From positions 37,706,304 through 37,770,303 of the forward strand of contig NC_092671.1 in NCBI RefSeq assembly GCF_964355755.1: a stretch of DNA of 64,000 bases, written 5' to 3'. This DNA is from Antedon mediterranea (Eukaryota > Animalia > Echinodermata). Each line of letters starts with the position of its first letter. The stretch's first letter is position 1. The notes under the pieces were generated by a model, which was not told the origin of the DNA, did no database searches, and saw nothing but the letters and a program-made list of their open reading frames with translations. Positions 24,995 to 38,195 of the stretch are shown here, in pieces. The translations under genes were made by a program, and so were the position numbers.

Positions 24995-27186
24995 TAAGAC
25001 AATTATACACTATGTTGGAAGGCTTCTATGTCTACCATTTATCCAACAAGCAGCAGATCAACAGAATACTTTCAGTTAACAAAATATTTTGATAAAGACA
25101 TGTTTTTTCTTATAAATGGATTTAGTGAATTGGAATGATTGATAATAAAGAAATATTAAACTTTCTATTGAACCATAAACTGTTTTGCTTTACAGCAAAA
25201 TGGAACAAATATTCTTAAAATGTCTTTATAATATAAACTTAGTAATAGTGGAAGGATTCATACAAAAGTATTGTACATTACAAATATCATGACAAAAGGA
25301 CTTTTTCAAGAAACAACCATTACAAGCATTTATTGTCTTTTAAATATTTTTGTAACAAAATAAAAAATTAAATAATTTTTAAAAACTTCAACATCTTTGG
25401 GTCATCATAAAAGTATGAACAACTAAAAGTGTTTATACTCAATTTGTTAGTTTTACATAAAATAACTCACTTTTTTACCTTGTTCAAACTTAAAGAACAA
25501 TACAAACAATTTTTTTTTTATTTAGAACACAAATTTAATTTAATTAAATCGTTGAGGTACTGTATACATTCCAGATTGAATATATCTGTACAAGGCACAT
25601 CCAGCCATCACGTCCTAGCCCTAATCATCCTCACCTCCTCTCTTTCAAAAAAGCCTGGATTTTCCCCTGTTATATGTGATCTAAGCCCCCTCTTCTCGCT
25701 TACAGGCTAATAATACACACGGCCTACATATAATAGCAATTAATAGCAATTAAGAGCATCAGAAGTTTCAAAAGAGAGACTATCTTTACTATTGTACATA
25801 TATATCTTAATTTTCATACTCGATACCTTGAAATGATGTTAAAAATAACAACATAGGATTACCAATGCATTCAAGATAGGCTGATGCTGCTTTAAAATAT
25901 TGCATTGAAATAAGAAGATTTATTTCTAGATTAATATGAATAAATCATTTCATCTATATTTAATTGTACACAGATTACGCTTTTCTGTTTTTAATTATCT
26001 TCTGACATAATAAATGGTACGAACCTTTTAAAGGCCAACTCAAGGCAAACAATTGTTGTCATTGTTCATGTGTTGTAGTTAAAAAATGTATATTCAGGCT
26101 TCGTCAGCTATGTTTCAAGGTGTTTGGTATCTTGTAAGGATAACAAAGTGAAAGTGATTGTAGGGATGAGTGATCAACGGAAAAGGGAGGGGGAATAAGG
26201 GGATCAGATTAGATAGAATGTGGACATTTGAGGATAAGAGGGAATGAGGAAGGGGGCATGCAGTTATTGGATGAGATTAAAAGAAGAAGGTTGTGGGAAT
26301 GAGGGAATTAAGATTAAGAGGGAGAGGATTGTGTGGATGAGGGGATCAGATTAAATGATGAGGTCGTGGGAATGAGGGGAATAAGAGGGAGAGGATTATG
26401 GGGATAAGAGGACAAGTTGAATAATTTGTAATTTATGAGATGAGATTTCAAAAGTTCAAAATTTGTTTTATTATAAATTACTTTGTGACTAAAAATTATT
26501 GCAATGTTTGTGATTATTTTGTACTGGGCAACCTCTTCAGTCAAAGACTGGTCTCCTAGAGGGCCCAGTAATTGTGGTATGTCAAAACATGTTGACAATA
26601 AAAGTAGCAAACACCATAATTTTATCATACAAAACAAAACAAATAAAAAAATGTTTAAAATCATAGCACGTTAAATTACATAACTTAAAATAGAATTCAT
26701 TGGTATTCAAGCTGAACTTTCATTATATTTTAAATTGTCATTTTCAATAGCCTTCTCAAACTTAATACCTTTTGAGCGTTTGGGATTAAAATGAAGATAT
26801 ATTAATTACAGTATTCCCTAAAGTAAGCAAGTTTAAAATTTATCATCTGTATCTTAATTGTGACAAGTGGTCTTGTTACAATTAGTACTGTGTAATCAAT
26901 TAGTACAAAATTGTTGATAAATATAAAGTTGTAATTTAATATACTTAATACCTCGTACATAATACAGTTTTAATGCAAGTACGGATAATGTTGATTACAT
27001 TGACTCAATTTGATATGATAGTTGACCCTTACACACTCAACTCATCTAATACCGGACTCTCTGAAAAACAATACTGTATAAGGTTTAATAATATTAATTG
27101 GTGGTCCATCTCTCCCATCTCACCAAAACCTTTTTATGAAACAATCAGGTTAATTCTATAATAAGTCACAATGTTGGGTGGATTAA

Positions 27187-27345
27187 AGATGTATTGTCCC
27201 CCAAAAACATGAAAAAATAAAGATTAATTAAATCAGACTTTGAATATGTTATTAATATGTTTTAATAAAGTTAATCACTTCCGTAGGAAAAAAAGGGGGG
27301 AAAAATGTTCTTTCACAAAATAAATGGTTAAATTCGACCAAAAAC
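27187..27345 (+). mobile_element. Partial Kolobok-like MITE family B copy
   Basis: TTAA|AGATGTATTGTCCCCCAAAAACATG. Confidence 0.7.
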
Positions 27346-27824
27346 CAATAAGTTTATCTGATGTATTTTCACATTTAATTTGTATTTTTTTATCTAATAT
27401 ATATTTCCCTTTTTTTCTTTCATATTTTTTATCTGTGTCTTTAATAGGTAAGTTATGCTTTTGTTATTTGACAGTATCAAACAAATATGAAATGTAATTT
27501 TGATTGCTTTCATTTCTTGACCTTACGACAGTCTGGTGTTAACTTTATATTCATAAATTTGACCCTGTGCATAAATAAATAAAATATATCAAGGTATAAA
27601 TTCAATTATCTCTAAAAATAAACATTTATACTTTACAAGGAAAATATTCTACTGCACTGAAATACACTACAGTACTTAATTATGAATGTTGTATATTATA
27701 TTTGACATTCAAGTATGTTTGTAAGATCTAGATTTAAATGCTTAGTTTGTAGCAATTAAACATGGTATTACTGAAAAATAGTCATATTAAGCTTGTCACC
27801 ATATTCGCAGCTGTAACTTTTACG

Positions 27825-28024
27825 ATGAACTCCGGTGAGTTAGTACGCAAAATGAACTCCGGTGAGTTAGCATGCAAAATCAGCTCCGTTGAGTTAGTAC
27901 TCCAAAATGAGCTCCTGTGAGTTAGTACGCAAAATTAGCTCTGGTGAGTTGGTACACAAAATGAGCTCCTTTCAGATGGTCAGTCAGTATGGAAAATTAC
28001 GTCCAGTCAGTTTAGTACGCAAAA
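27825..28024. repeat. About 27-bp minisatellite, about 7 units
   Basis: GAGTTAGTACGCAAAATGA(A/G)CTCCGGT variants. Confidence 0.85.
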
Positions 28025-28765
28025 TATTGCTACTTTTGATTTTTTAACAAAAACAGAAATTATTATTGTTTGTTTATGTTGAAAAATGAGATGAATATGA
28101 TAGCTCTGTCATAGTCTGCCTGAAGTTAAAAGGTAAAGAATTTTCCGATGCTGAATTAAAGCGTACAATTTGCGTTATTGATCAAAGAGAACGAGAAACG
28201 AATGAATATTTAAATATATACCGTACATAATATATGGATATGTACTAAAAAATTAAACAATTTTGTATCCATTATAAGCTTTCTCAAATATTAATGCTTG
28301 CCATAGTAACGCTGACCATTAGATAACTTTATGATAAATTTTTTTTTTTTTATGAAATTTTAATTTTATCAATTATGTTAAGATGTGATTAAAAGATAGA
28401 TAGGTGTTTTTTTAATAATATATTGGATGAGCTTAAAATATATTATTTTTTTTATTATGTTTGTAAGCTGCTTTAGTTACAGTGACCGTTATGATTGAAT
28501 TGTGTTAATTTATTTATATTTTTTGTTAATCATATTTTAATCTTATTAACTTTACTTGTTTCCAATTATTAAAAGATGTTATTGAAGTATATCTTTTTGA
28601 ATATTGGATGCGATTTATAAAGGATATATCTATAACAAAACAAGTTAGCAATCGTAGGTGTTCTGAGTTAGAATTCACTGGTCTTAATTTTGCAATTTTT
28701 AAATGTTTATATCTTTGTATATCTTTATTGTTTATATTATGTGTTCAAGTGCAGTATATGGAGAG

Positions 28766-29579
28766 GGGTGCAGGTCAAGTTGGCCCTAAACCGTCTCGGC
28801 CAAAGTCAAGTCGGCCCCACGTCAAGTCGGCCCCAAGTCAACTCGGCCTCAAGTCAACTCGGCCTCACGTCAACTCGGCCAAAAACTAATCGGTCAACTC
28901 GGCGACAATAAAGTATGGAACGCAAAAAGTGCTTAATATTATTATGATTCTTACTATCCACGCTTTAAAAAAATAAAGAAATAAAAAAAATAATATAATT
29001 AAATAATATATAAAAAAATGAACTCATTGCCGATATGAATATAAGTACCCGCGTGTTACAAAAACATGTGCAGGTACCGCATTTTAGTAAATCGAAGACG
29101 GAGGCCTACGTTCCACCATTTGGCCATAGAAAAAAAAGGGGAATCCCCCGGTCAGTGAAAACATGTAGCAGTTGTAGATATTGAAAAAGCTGCCAAAGGC
29201 GCAGCTACGAATTGTTTTCAATTGTGCAATTTGAAATTTTATTAAACGTAAATAAAGGAAAGTTGGTGAAATCATTCCTATTTTTTTTGCTAAATATATT
29301 ATTGTCTAAATATTAATATTCATTAAAAGTCAGAATTATTTATAGTTAAAAAAATGTATTGTTAAGAAATATTATTTTATCAATCCCCTTCATTTGCACT
29401 TTTTGCGTTCCATACTTTAACGGGGCCGAGTTGACCGATTATTTTTTGGCCGAGTTGACGTGAGGCCGAGTTGACTTGGGGCCGACTTGACTTGGGGCCG
29501 ACTTGACTTGGGGCCGACTTGACTTGGGGGCCTACTTGAATTTGGCCGAGACGGTTTAGGGCCAACTTGGATCGAAATC
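28766..29579. mobile_element. MULE/foldback-type non-autonomous element with about 155-170 bp TIRs built of 15-bp repeats
   Basis: Perfect 8-bp duplication ATGGAGAG (28758-65 and 29580-87); G..C termini; CAAGTCGGCCCCAAGT arrays at 28776-28932 inverted at 29396-29569. Confidence 0.85.
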
Positions 29580-30480
29580 ATGGAGAGCCATCTTGATAGT
29601 GCTTTGCACTCATGGCAATCCCCAGGGTGCTGCACCGCTGTCTTGTTATGTATTTTTGTGCCTGAAAATTGAATAAAATAAAAATAAAATTTAAAGACTA
29701 ATACTAGGTAATAAAAAAAGTCCTTCAAATATGAATACAAATTTAATTTTTTTATTTTATTTATAGATTTATATATGCAACTACCAGTCACTTTTTTTAT
29801 AACGTACTATAAAAACGATTGTGTCTATATAACCTTGACGTTTGTCATCATCACGATTTTCTTTATTATTGTTCTTAATAGAAGTGTCATTTGAATTTGC
29901 CGTGTGTAGCCGAAATGTGATTTACGAAGCTTAAAAATAATATTTTCACATTTATTCCAGTTACAATTTGTTTTTATTAAGTTATTTTTAAATTTACTCT
30001 AATCTGAATTTTTTGTAAGAAAACCACATTTTCGATCTTTTAATATAGTATCATGTTTTGTAATTTTTAAGATAATGGTTTTTATGAGAGAGATGTATGT
30101 TTTTATAGATATTAGAACAGTATATAGCATAAACAATGTAATTTAAAAAGTATAAAAGTTGAGGTGTGGCCCAATGATGTTACTTTTTTATTATCATCAT
30201 GCATATTGATGTTATCTTGTTCTACTGGTAGTAGTGGATTATGCCTTAATGAAACAGCAGTATTTGAATTTATTTTTAAGAAGTTACACATGATAGATGG
30301 CAGTATTTACTTTCAATTGAGACTTTAGTTTTCTGTTTTGTGATATCAAAAATTAAATCAACTACCCCCTCTATTGCCAGTATAAGTTGAAATAGGACAA
30401 CAATTTCTGATGGTACAGTATTTGATTTTTAACATGTCAATGTTTGCTTATGGTTATCCTTGGCAATTTGCCTAAATATA

Positions 30481-30515
<35 letters not shown>

Positions 30516-30767
30516 ACACTCCTGTTTTGACCGAGAGACTCTCGTATTTTGGACTCATCTCCCGGCCTAATATTGTATTTGCGATTTTCCATGTTTTCTC
30601 CCGGATTTCTGAATTTTTAGGTTTATGTGTTGTATTCTGCAAGAAAAAGCTTATACACAAGCAAATTTAGAATCAGAATCACTCTTACTTTATAAGTAAA
30701 AAAATGTATCTGAAGTTACATTTCACGGAGCGGAAGGCAGCGCCTATTCATTCTTTATATGAATTAC

Positions 30768-31385
30768 CATTATTTAACAGCGCCATCTTCTGTTCCATTA
30801 TTTGAGCGGAGTGCTCAAGTGAGACTAGCCAAACACTGCTTGTTGCTAGTGTTAGATGTCTTTACGTCCCATCATTTAACAGCGCCATCTTCTGTTCTAT
30901 TGTTTGAGCATATAGTGCTCAAGTGAGACTAGCCAAACATAATCTTGTTGCTACTGTTAAATATCTTTACGTCCTGCGTGTGGCGCAGTGTGTTGGACGT
31001 TGGACTACCGATCGTCAGACCTAGGTTTGAATCCAACTCTTGCCGCACTGCTTGTATCCGTAGGCAAGATACTTTACTTACGTTGCCTCTCTCCACCCAG
31101 ATGTATAAATGGGTACCCAGTTAGATCTAGACACAACTTTGCGCTGGTTACCGGCTGCATTATGGGAGTATGTTTCCATACGTGTTTGATCCCAAAAAAT
31201 ACTGGGGTAATAATCCTTGTAAAGCGCCTTTGAGCATGATTACTCATGAAAAGGGCGCTATATAAATGTGGTATTATTATTATTATCTAACAGCGCCATC
31301 TTCCGTTCCATTATTTGAACGTAGTGCTCAAGTAAGACTAGCCAAACATAATCTTGTTGCTAGTATTAATGTCTTAACATCCTAT
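30768..31385 (+). repeat. About 101-bp tandem repeat x3, interrupted by a SINE
   Basis: AACAGCGCCATCTTC..GTGCTCAAGT(G/A)AGACTAGCCAAACA units at about 30776, 30878 and 31289. Confidence 0.85.
30976..31286 (+). mobile_element. tRNA-derived CORE-like SINE with L2-type tail, full length
   Basis: Near-identical to 22145-22465. Confidence 0.85.
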
Positions 31386-31741
31386 TATGTTTGAAACGCA
31401 TACAAAGTCATGTCATGTAACGTGGACCATATCAACCAATCAAAGGATGTTTCATAATGCTGCCAGCCAATTTATATGCACAGGGATGGTAATTATAAAA
31501 CAGAGTACTTGAATAAATGAATGCATTAAAGAACATTAGCTGTGTACTGCAGAGATTGATTGAAAATTGATTGATTAGTTTCTGATTGATTCTTGACTTG
31601 GTGAATGTGTAATGAATAGAAAGATATCCTTAGAAGGGGTATCATCTCAGCTATATAGTCTAAGTAAATAGTCTAGCGGCGAAATTTAAAATTAGGAGGT
31701 AGGGATTATATTTGGATTGCATTAAAAATGGAATATACCAA

Positions 31742-32006
31742 AGATATATTGTCCCCCAAAATCATGAAAAATAAAGGTTTTTAAGATCAGACTTTTAATA
31801 GCCCATGTTAGTTATTCATTTCCATGAAAAAAAAACTAAGAAAACTTATAAAAAACCATTGGCTGGCAGACAATTTTACCTTTTTTTTTGCTTTAAATTT
31901 TGTAAATAAATTTTGTTTAGATCCATTTTTTGGTCAAAGTGGATAACTATTATGTGACATTAAAATGGTATATTCAACAACAAAAAATATAAAAAATTAA
32001 TTTTCA
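31742..32006 (+). mobile_element. Kolobok-like MITE family B copy (right end lost)
   Basis: AGATATATTGTCCCCCAAAATCATG plus internal homology. Confidence 0.65.
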
Positions 32007-32084
32007 GTCATTGAATTTCCAAACAAGCCAAGAAAAGGGAGATATACTTTGTTTTGTTGGAAAAAGCAACTCATCGATCTCTAA

Positions 32085-32356
32085 TACAACTCGTATCTGC
32101 CTTAAAACAACTCGTATCTGCCTTTAAAACAACTTATATCTGCCTTTAAAACAACTCGTATCTGCCTCTAAAACAACGTATATCTGCCTTTAAAACAATT
32201 CATATCTGCCTCTAAAACAACTCGTATCTACCTTTAAAACAACTCGTATCTGCCTTTAAAACAACTCGTATCTGCCTTTAAAACAACTCGTATCTGGCTC
32301 TAAAAAAAAAACTTGTACCTGCCTTTAAAACAACTCATATCTGCCCTTAAAACAAC
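32085..32356. repeat. About 21-bp minisatellite, about 13 units
   Basis: AAAACAACTCGTATCTGCCTT(T) variants. Confidence 0.9.
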
Positions 32357-33876
32357 ACATGTCGCGTGTTGACATCTGCATGTATTGGTTCTTATAAATG
32401 ATGTTTATCCATGTCACATTTGTAATAGACAAAAGTTGTTTTCACAATGTTTTAAGTTGCCTCTAAGGATATAAGGTTGGATATAAACTTCTTAATGTAT
32501 GCTTAAGTTTGACATTTATTGGAGACATCGTAATTCACTATGTCCCTCGTAGGATGATTTAAGGATTATGTATTACAAAAGAACAGTTTACCGTAACATG
32601 CATTTCACAGATTTACAAACAGGCTATAAATCGCTTTTCGCTAAATTGCGTTGAACGCATTATGTAAGATGTGTCGTATTGGTGGATTACTGAACTGAAA
32701 ATATACAAAAAAGAAGATTCAATACATTATATAGAATAAAATGTATTAAAAGATATTACAAAGATGTTGTTAACAAAAACAAAAGGTGATTGCGAAAATC
32801 GTCATAGAGATTGTGACCTACTGAACAAGGATATATATTTTTATTTACTTTCCTTAATTTATTGTATTACATAAAAACACAATTCAATCTCATAGATTTT
32901 CTTAATTACCATTTCAACAATGTCCCTTGTGAGTTTCTTATTTTGATTTATATATTTCAATTTATTTTCATAACTTATACATTTGATACAAATTCTTGTG
33001 CTGGAAAAACAAACAGCTTATGACGACTTCCACCAGTATATATAAAAATAAATAAATCTCTAATTATATTGTAAGGAAATATACATATATAATTATATAT
33101 AAACACTACAGGCACAGAACAAATTCTAAACCACCTGGCGATATATACCGAAAATTGTTATTTTTACATAATTTAATTTAATTTAATACACTAATATATT
33201 ATTTAAAATAATGTTTTTAGTTTTTGTTGCATTTAGTTTGACAAAAGGCTTGGATTAGCTGACAACAGAACGATAATTTAAGAGAATTGTAAAAACACAA
33301 TGTTGTGCCATGAATAAAAATTGACAATAAACTACCAATTGGCAATGTAAATCTACATTTTTTTAACGAAGATTTTTCACTCAATTCCCTAGAGTTTATA
33401 CATATGAGATTTGTAATCACGCACATGTGAGGACTTCTCTGCTATTGACACTTGTAATTTTGTTGTTCTCTCTCAGTGGAATTGTCTTGTTCATTTTTAA
33501 GTAATCTATTGAATTCTACAGAGCTATTTTTACTTTATACTGTGATCTCTTAGCAATCAAGACAGATGCAAAGATGTTCAAATCTTATGTAAGTTATTTT
33601 AAATTTATAAATATCATGATGGATAGTTTTGAACCTATTCTTACATTTTGTTCAATTAAATCATATTTTAGCAATTGACTGTTGTAGTAATATTTTGTCT
33701 ATAGGTTTATAAAATCGAAGTTTTTGCATGGGCATACTTAAAAATGATGATAACTAAAAGGATAGTGTATTATGCTATTATAACACTCAATGTGCTGAAA
33801 CAAGAAAAATCCCACAAAAAATACCTGATTTGTAGGCCAGTATTAATGTGAATAACAGCGAATATTTTGTTATTTA

Positions 33877-34258
33877 AGTTTTGTTCCCACTAGGGAGCCA
33901 CGCAAGGGCCTAAGTGCAACGCAAGCGAATTGACCAATCACAAGCAAAAATTTGGATAATCCGTCGCTTGCGATTGGTAAATTGCTTACGTTGTCGCGCT
34001 ACGTAATAGTCCAAATTTTCTTTATATTCCAAATTTTATTAATATTCCAAATTTTCTTATTCAGATTTTTAATTCTCATATAATTTATTTTATTTATTGG
34101 CTTTTGTTTTTCTTTTACTTTTCTGTTTTTGTTGTATTTTGTGTATTGTATCTGTTCTGAGGGTCCTAAATGATCAGAAAATGCTGGATGGATCACCTTC
34201 ATTAAATATGGTTCAAATAAAAAATAAATAAAATAAACGTCATAGAGGGAACCAAGCT
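33877..34258. mobile_element. Harbinger-like palindromic MITE split by a retroposon 3' fragment (about 34010-34236)
   Basis: Ends AGTTTTGTTCCCACTAG and TAGAGGGAACCAAGCT; insert ends in (AAAT)n and is flanked by ACGTAATAG/ACGTCATAG. Confidence 0.6.
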
Positions 34259-35344
34259 TAGGCTTTCCCCTGTTGTGACTTGTGAAACATGCCAAATTTA
34301 TAAAATGAAATAATTGAATAAAACAATAATTTATATTCAAAACATTAAAAAAAATTATAAATATTTTGATTATCTTATCTTAAATAAATAAATAAGTATT
34401 GGTAATAATAATGATTATTTATAAGTTGCATTATTGAGAGAATATTTGAGTTGGAAGATTGATTGTTTTATTCAACAAGGACAAAGTCAAGCTGAGTTGG
34501 CGGAACATTGCATTCAGATTCTAATATAATTATATTTATTAGGTTATCAATAAACAATATTATCAAATTCTATTACTTAGTAAGCCAATATTTTAAACAT
34601 TAAATTAAATATAATAAGTATTATAATTTTATTATGAGATAATTATCATATTAAATAAATTTATACAAGGTCAGTATTAAAAGGTTTTCATTGACAAAAT
34701 TAATAGAATAACATGTCTTCGTGCAAAATCTAACATCTCAAGCTTTTGCCTTGAATTTTCCTCCAATCTATTCTACAACCAAAATTGCTTAAAAGACAAA
34801 AATAAGTAAAAACACAATAAGCTGTCTATCTACTATTCAATTTCCTCTGCCTTTGTTAATTACTAAGAAGCTAATCAAGTAAAAAAGGAAATAATCTTAA
34901 CAGTAGTGACTTGCTGCTATGGAATCGGCTTTCAACTGCAGGTTAGAAAACTGTAGCTACTAGGTTAGGCACCAGGTTCTTGTAAACAACATGTTTTAAC
35001 TAATGCATTGTGATTTGCTAAATCTACAAGCTGGCCTGAGAGGCATTTATTTGTTTGATACCTACACATCTTTAGATTTCTTCTCGTAAATTACAAATTT
35101 AACGTTGTACCGGCCATATCTAAATTGGATTTCTGACATTGGAAACTGAAAATAAATTGGTGAAATCACTCGCTAAAAAGAAAAAGAGTGAATATTCTTG
35201 GTAGGAAAGGTTAACTACTGTATTGACCTTTTAAGATTTCAGCTTTTCCTAGCGTACCATCAACTTATTATTTTTGAGAATTTTGTCTTTGATACTACTA
35301 ATCCTGAAGAATACAGAAAAGGTGTTGTTCGTTTTTATCTGTTC

Positions 35345-35407
35345 ATGGGAAAAGTTTTATACAAAATCATAATGAACCTAGCCGAGAGTTTAAAGCCAAT
35401 GAAATAT
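35345..35407 (+). CDS. Candidate alternative first coding exon (phase 0)
   Basis: MGKVLYKIIMNLAESLKPMKY then TAT|GTAAGT; 63 nt. Confidence 0.45.
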
Positions 35408-35734
35408 GTAAGTTTACATATATTAATTATGTTTTATTAGTATTATTATTATTATTGTATGAAATGTGTTTTTTGTTTTTTTTTCCTCTGGTTTTTATTA
35501 TATAGTATTGACTCCATGTTTATTTCTTATATTAGGATTTATTGCTGGTACATGAACAGTTTATATATTTATTAAAATAAAAATGTTGTGTTTAAATTAT
35601 GTTTTAAAAAAAATTATTTTTAATGAATTGATTTAAATAGAGGGAAACAGGAAACTCTGCAATATTTAGGCAATGCTTTCTATTTTTATCTGTTTATTAT
35701 ATAATATAGAATAAAAGAAATAAAAGATTATATA

Positions 35735-35938
35735 GTTGAGTGGCCGAGTGGTTAAGGCAGAGGTGCTGCCGCAAACCATAGCTATACAATCGGCACAAAA
35801 ATAGGTTCAAGTCACTCCTCGACCATTGTTCTGTTGATAGACCAGGTGTTCTCGTATAAGGACATCTGGCTCTTGTGCACTTTAAAGAACCAAGTACATC
35901 TTTCGGAAGAGTAGGGGGTTACCCCGGTGTACTGGTCC
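35735..35938 (+). mobile_element. Deu-domain-like tRNA SINE (3'-truncated)
   Basis: A box TGGCCGAGTGG, B box GGTTCAAGTC, core TTTAAAGAACC..AAGAGTAGGGGGTTACCCCGGTGT. Confidence 0.7.
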
Positions 35939-36979
35939 ATTTAGGCCCTGTCGTTATGGACAGACGAACGGGCGCCGTTTTGTGGCAGCACTTGACACGA
36001 AGGGACCTTTACAGTAAAAAGTTGTGGTACTGCAGGTTATTTCCCCATTTACATTTATATAGTATACTGTAAGGCCCTTTCACACATTTCCTCACAGAAT
36101 TGTAGAAATGAAATGAAAGTTCATTTCAGACATGCCCTTATAGCAATGGTAATTACAGTACACTTCAAAGACCTTTAAAATTGTCTAGATATCCGTTTCA
36201 GGCATTATATTAATCTATAACTCAGGTAATTTAATTTGCTCTGTAACTTTAAATTATTCATGATTTTGAAAAATAAGCTTTTAAATTGCGTTTTAATCTT
36301 AGCATATCATCTTTATGCACAGATTGTAGGCGATTATATAAACTGCATCGATCCGTTTACCTCACATTGTGAAATTTCAATCAGCGGTTCAAAGCCTGGA
36401 TTATCTGTTTTAATATATAACTGTTTCTATTAATTAAGCTAGTTATTATCAGCATAACAAAGGCTGTATTTGATACATTTATCACTTATATTCTAAACGG
36501 ATACAGGTATGAATTGATCATAGCGTGGGATACATTATTGATCATGTGTATTATTTATCCTGGCATCAAATCTGAAATTATGCAGTTTGTTATTGATACT
36601 TAATATTAATTAATCGCCGCGTTCAATTGTTTTTGACAATCCTTGATTGAAGGGAAGGTTTCTACGTTATGGTACATTCGAAGAGGAGTTTACTGTATGT
36701 GGCCGACGGTGGAATATATTAACGTGGATTAAGAATTGCATTATGTTATTGTTTGCGCTTGCAGCATGTCATAGGTTTTTATAATTGTCAAATCTGTACA
36801 CAGTATGTTAGCACATCAAATCAGTGCTTAGCTCTTTATGCTAAATTCTTAAACGCATACAGTTTGATTTCCTTCCGTCGCTCTCTCTCCTGCAACAAAA
36901 GAAAGAAATAATTTAACAGAGAGGTCAGAATAAGCTGTAGAGAAACTTGTTAAACTGAATCAAAGTTAAATTTAAAAGG

Positions 36980-37069
36980 ATGGGGCGGTCATTCTCAAAG
37001 GGCATTGATTCAAATTCATCATCTGCTTCGTCGCCAAATTTTCGCGTGCATATGAACGTAAAAATCAAG
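36980..37069 (+). CDS. Candidate alternative first coding exon with an N-myristoylation motif (phase 0)
   Basis: AAGG-ATG-G context; MGRSFSKGIDSNSSSASSPNFRVHMNVKIK then AAG|GTGAGT; 90 nt; MGxxxS. Confidence 0.55.
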
Positions 37070-37290
37070 GTGAGTACTTAAATGATAAATTGTTTTCATG
37101 TAGATAATGGAATGACAGCTTGTAGTTCCTTACATTAGGCGTTTAGTACTGCCTGGAATACAATGTATCGTACAGTATACATTTAAGTCAAATATTAACA
37201 TTGAATTAATATCAGTAAAGACGTGATGTTAAAGGTGATTGTTACCTCCGCCAGAATGGCGAGAGGTTAGGTGGTCGATCGCGTGTGTTT

Positions 37291-37531
37291 TTTTAAAACC
37301 ATCTTTAATGAAGGTGATCCATGCAGTAATTCCTGATCATTAAAGACCATCAGAGAGAGGTTCACAAGACAAACATATACACAAGATGCTCTACATAAAC
37401 AAAGTCTTCCTACAAGTCTTTGGAAGTGGAGTTGTTATTTTGTGCTTAGAAAAAATCTTGACGGGACTTGAACCCAGGACCCTTGGAGTGGTAGCCAAGC
37501 ACTATAACCACCAAGCCACAACTCCACTCAA
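37291..37531 (-). mobile_element. tRNA-derived SINE (fourth family)
   Basis: A box TGGCTTGGTGG, B box GGTTCAAGTCC; 3' tail shared with 34150-34212. Confidence 0.7.
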
Positions 37532-37537
37532 TATTTG

Positions 37538-38195
37538 TTTTTAGTCGCGTGGAAGCGACTCTATAGTTCACTATGTCGGTCGGTCTGTCTGTCTGTCTGT
37601 CGGTCTGTCTGTCGGTCTGTCGGTCCGGTATCACTATGCGTTTTATCCCCTTCTGACCTTATCTTGATATCAGTTTAATCTAACTACGTTTGTAATCATA
37701 TCTTCACAACCACGAATCACAATTAAATAAAATTTGGTACTCATAAATTTCAGGGCATAAATCATCATATGGCAATACAATTACGTGCGTAGCGCATGTA
37801 ACGCATGCGTACGCGCGCTTAAAATTTTCAAAATTTATTTTCGATGAAATAAGAGTACGTTTCAGGCAATTTTAAGCGTTTACAAAATTGCCATGAGTGC
37901 GCATATTTTTGCGCGCGCACTGCGGGTTAAATGTTATTGCGCACTCTTTTTGCCCGATTTCTGTTTTCTTGACTTACTTTTCAACTCGAAATTATGTTAT
38001 ACGAGCACGTCAAAAGTGACAGGCTACGCACGTGTAAATTAAAAAAATATAAATGTTTTTAAACATTTCAACATTTTTGAACATGTTCAGTAATTTCGGT
38101 CAGTATAGTTCACTATGTCGGTCGGTCTGTCGGTCTGTCTGTCTGTCGGTCTGTCTGTTGGTCTGTCGGTCTGGTATCACTATGCATTGTAGCAC
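37538..38195 (+). mobile_element. DINE-1/Helentron-like non-autonomous element with GTCT/GTCG microsatellites
   Basis: 5' TTTTTAGTCGCGTGGAAGCGACT hairpin; block TATAGTTCACTATGTCGGTC..GGTATCACTATGC duplicated at 37562 and 38104. Confidence 0.6.

Noticed and set aside
27440-27455. Strong donor TAG|GTAAGT (similarly CAG|GTGAGG near 51647)
   Set aside because: Phase-0 frame is closed by a stop; these show that strong donors without phase-0 ORFs also occur in the window
28608-29791. Ser/Pro/Arg-rich ORFs on both strands
   Set aside because: Translations of the 15-bp TIR repeats of the foldback element
30976-31050. tRNA genes at A/B-box sites (also 22390-22465, 23200-23270, 47641-47715)
   Set aside because: No complete cloverleaf; they continue into SINE bodies and tails
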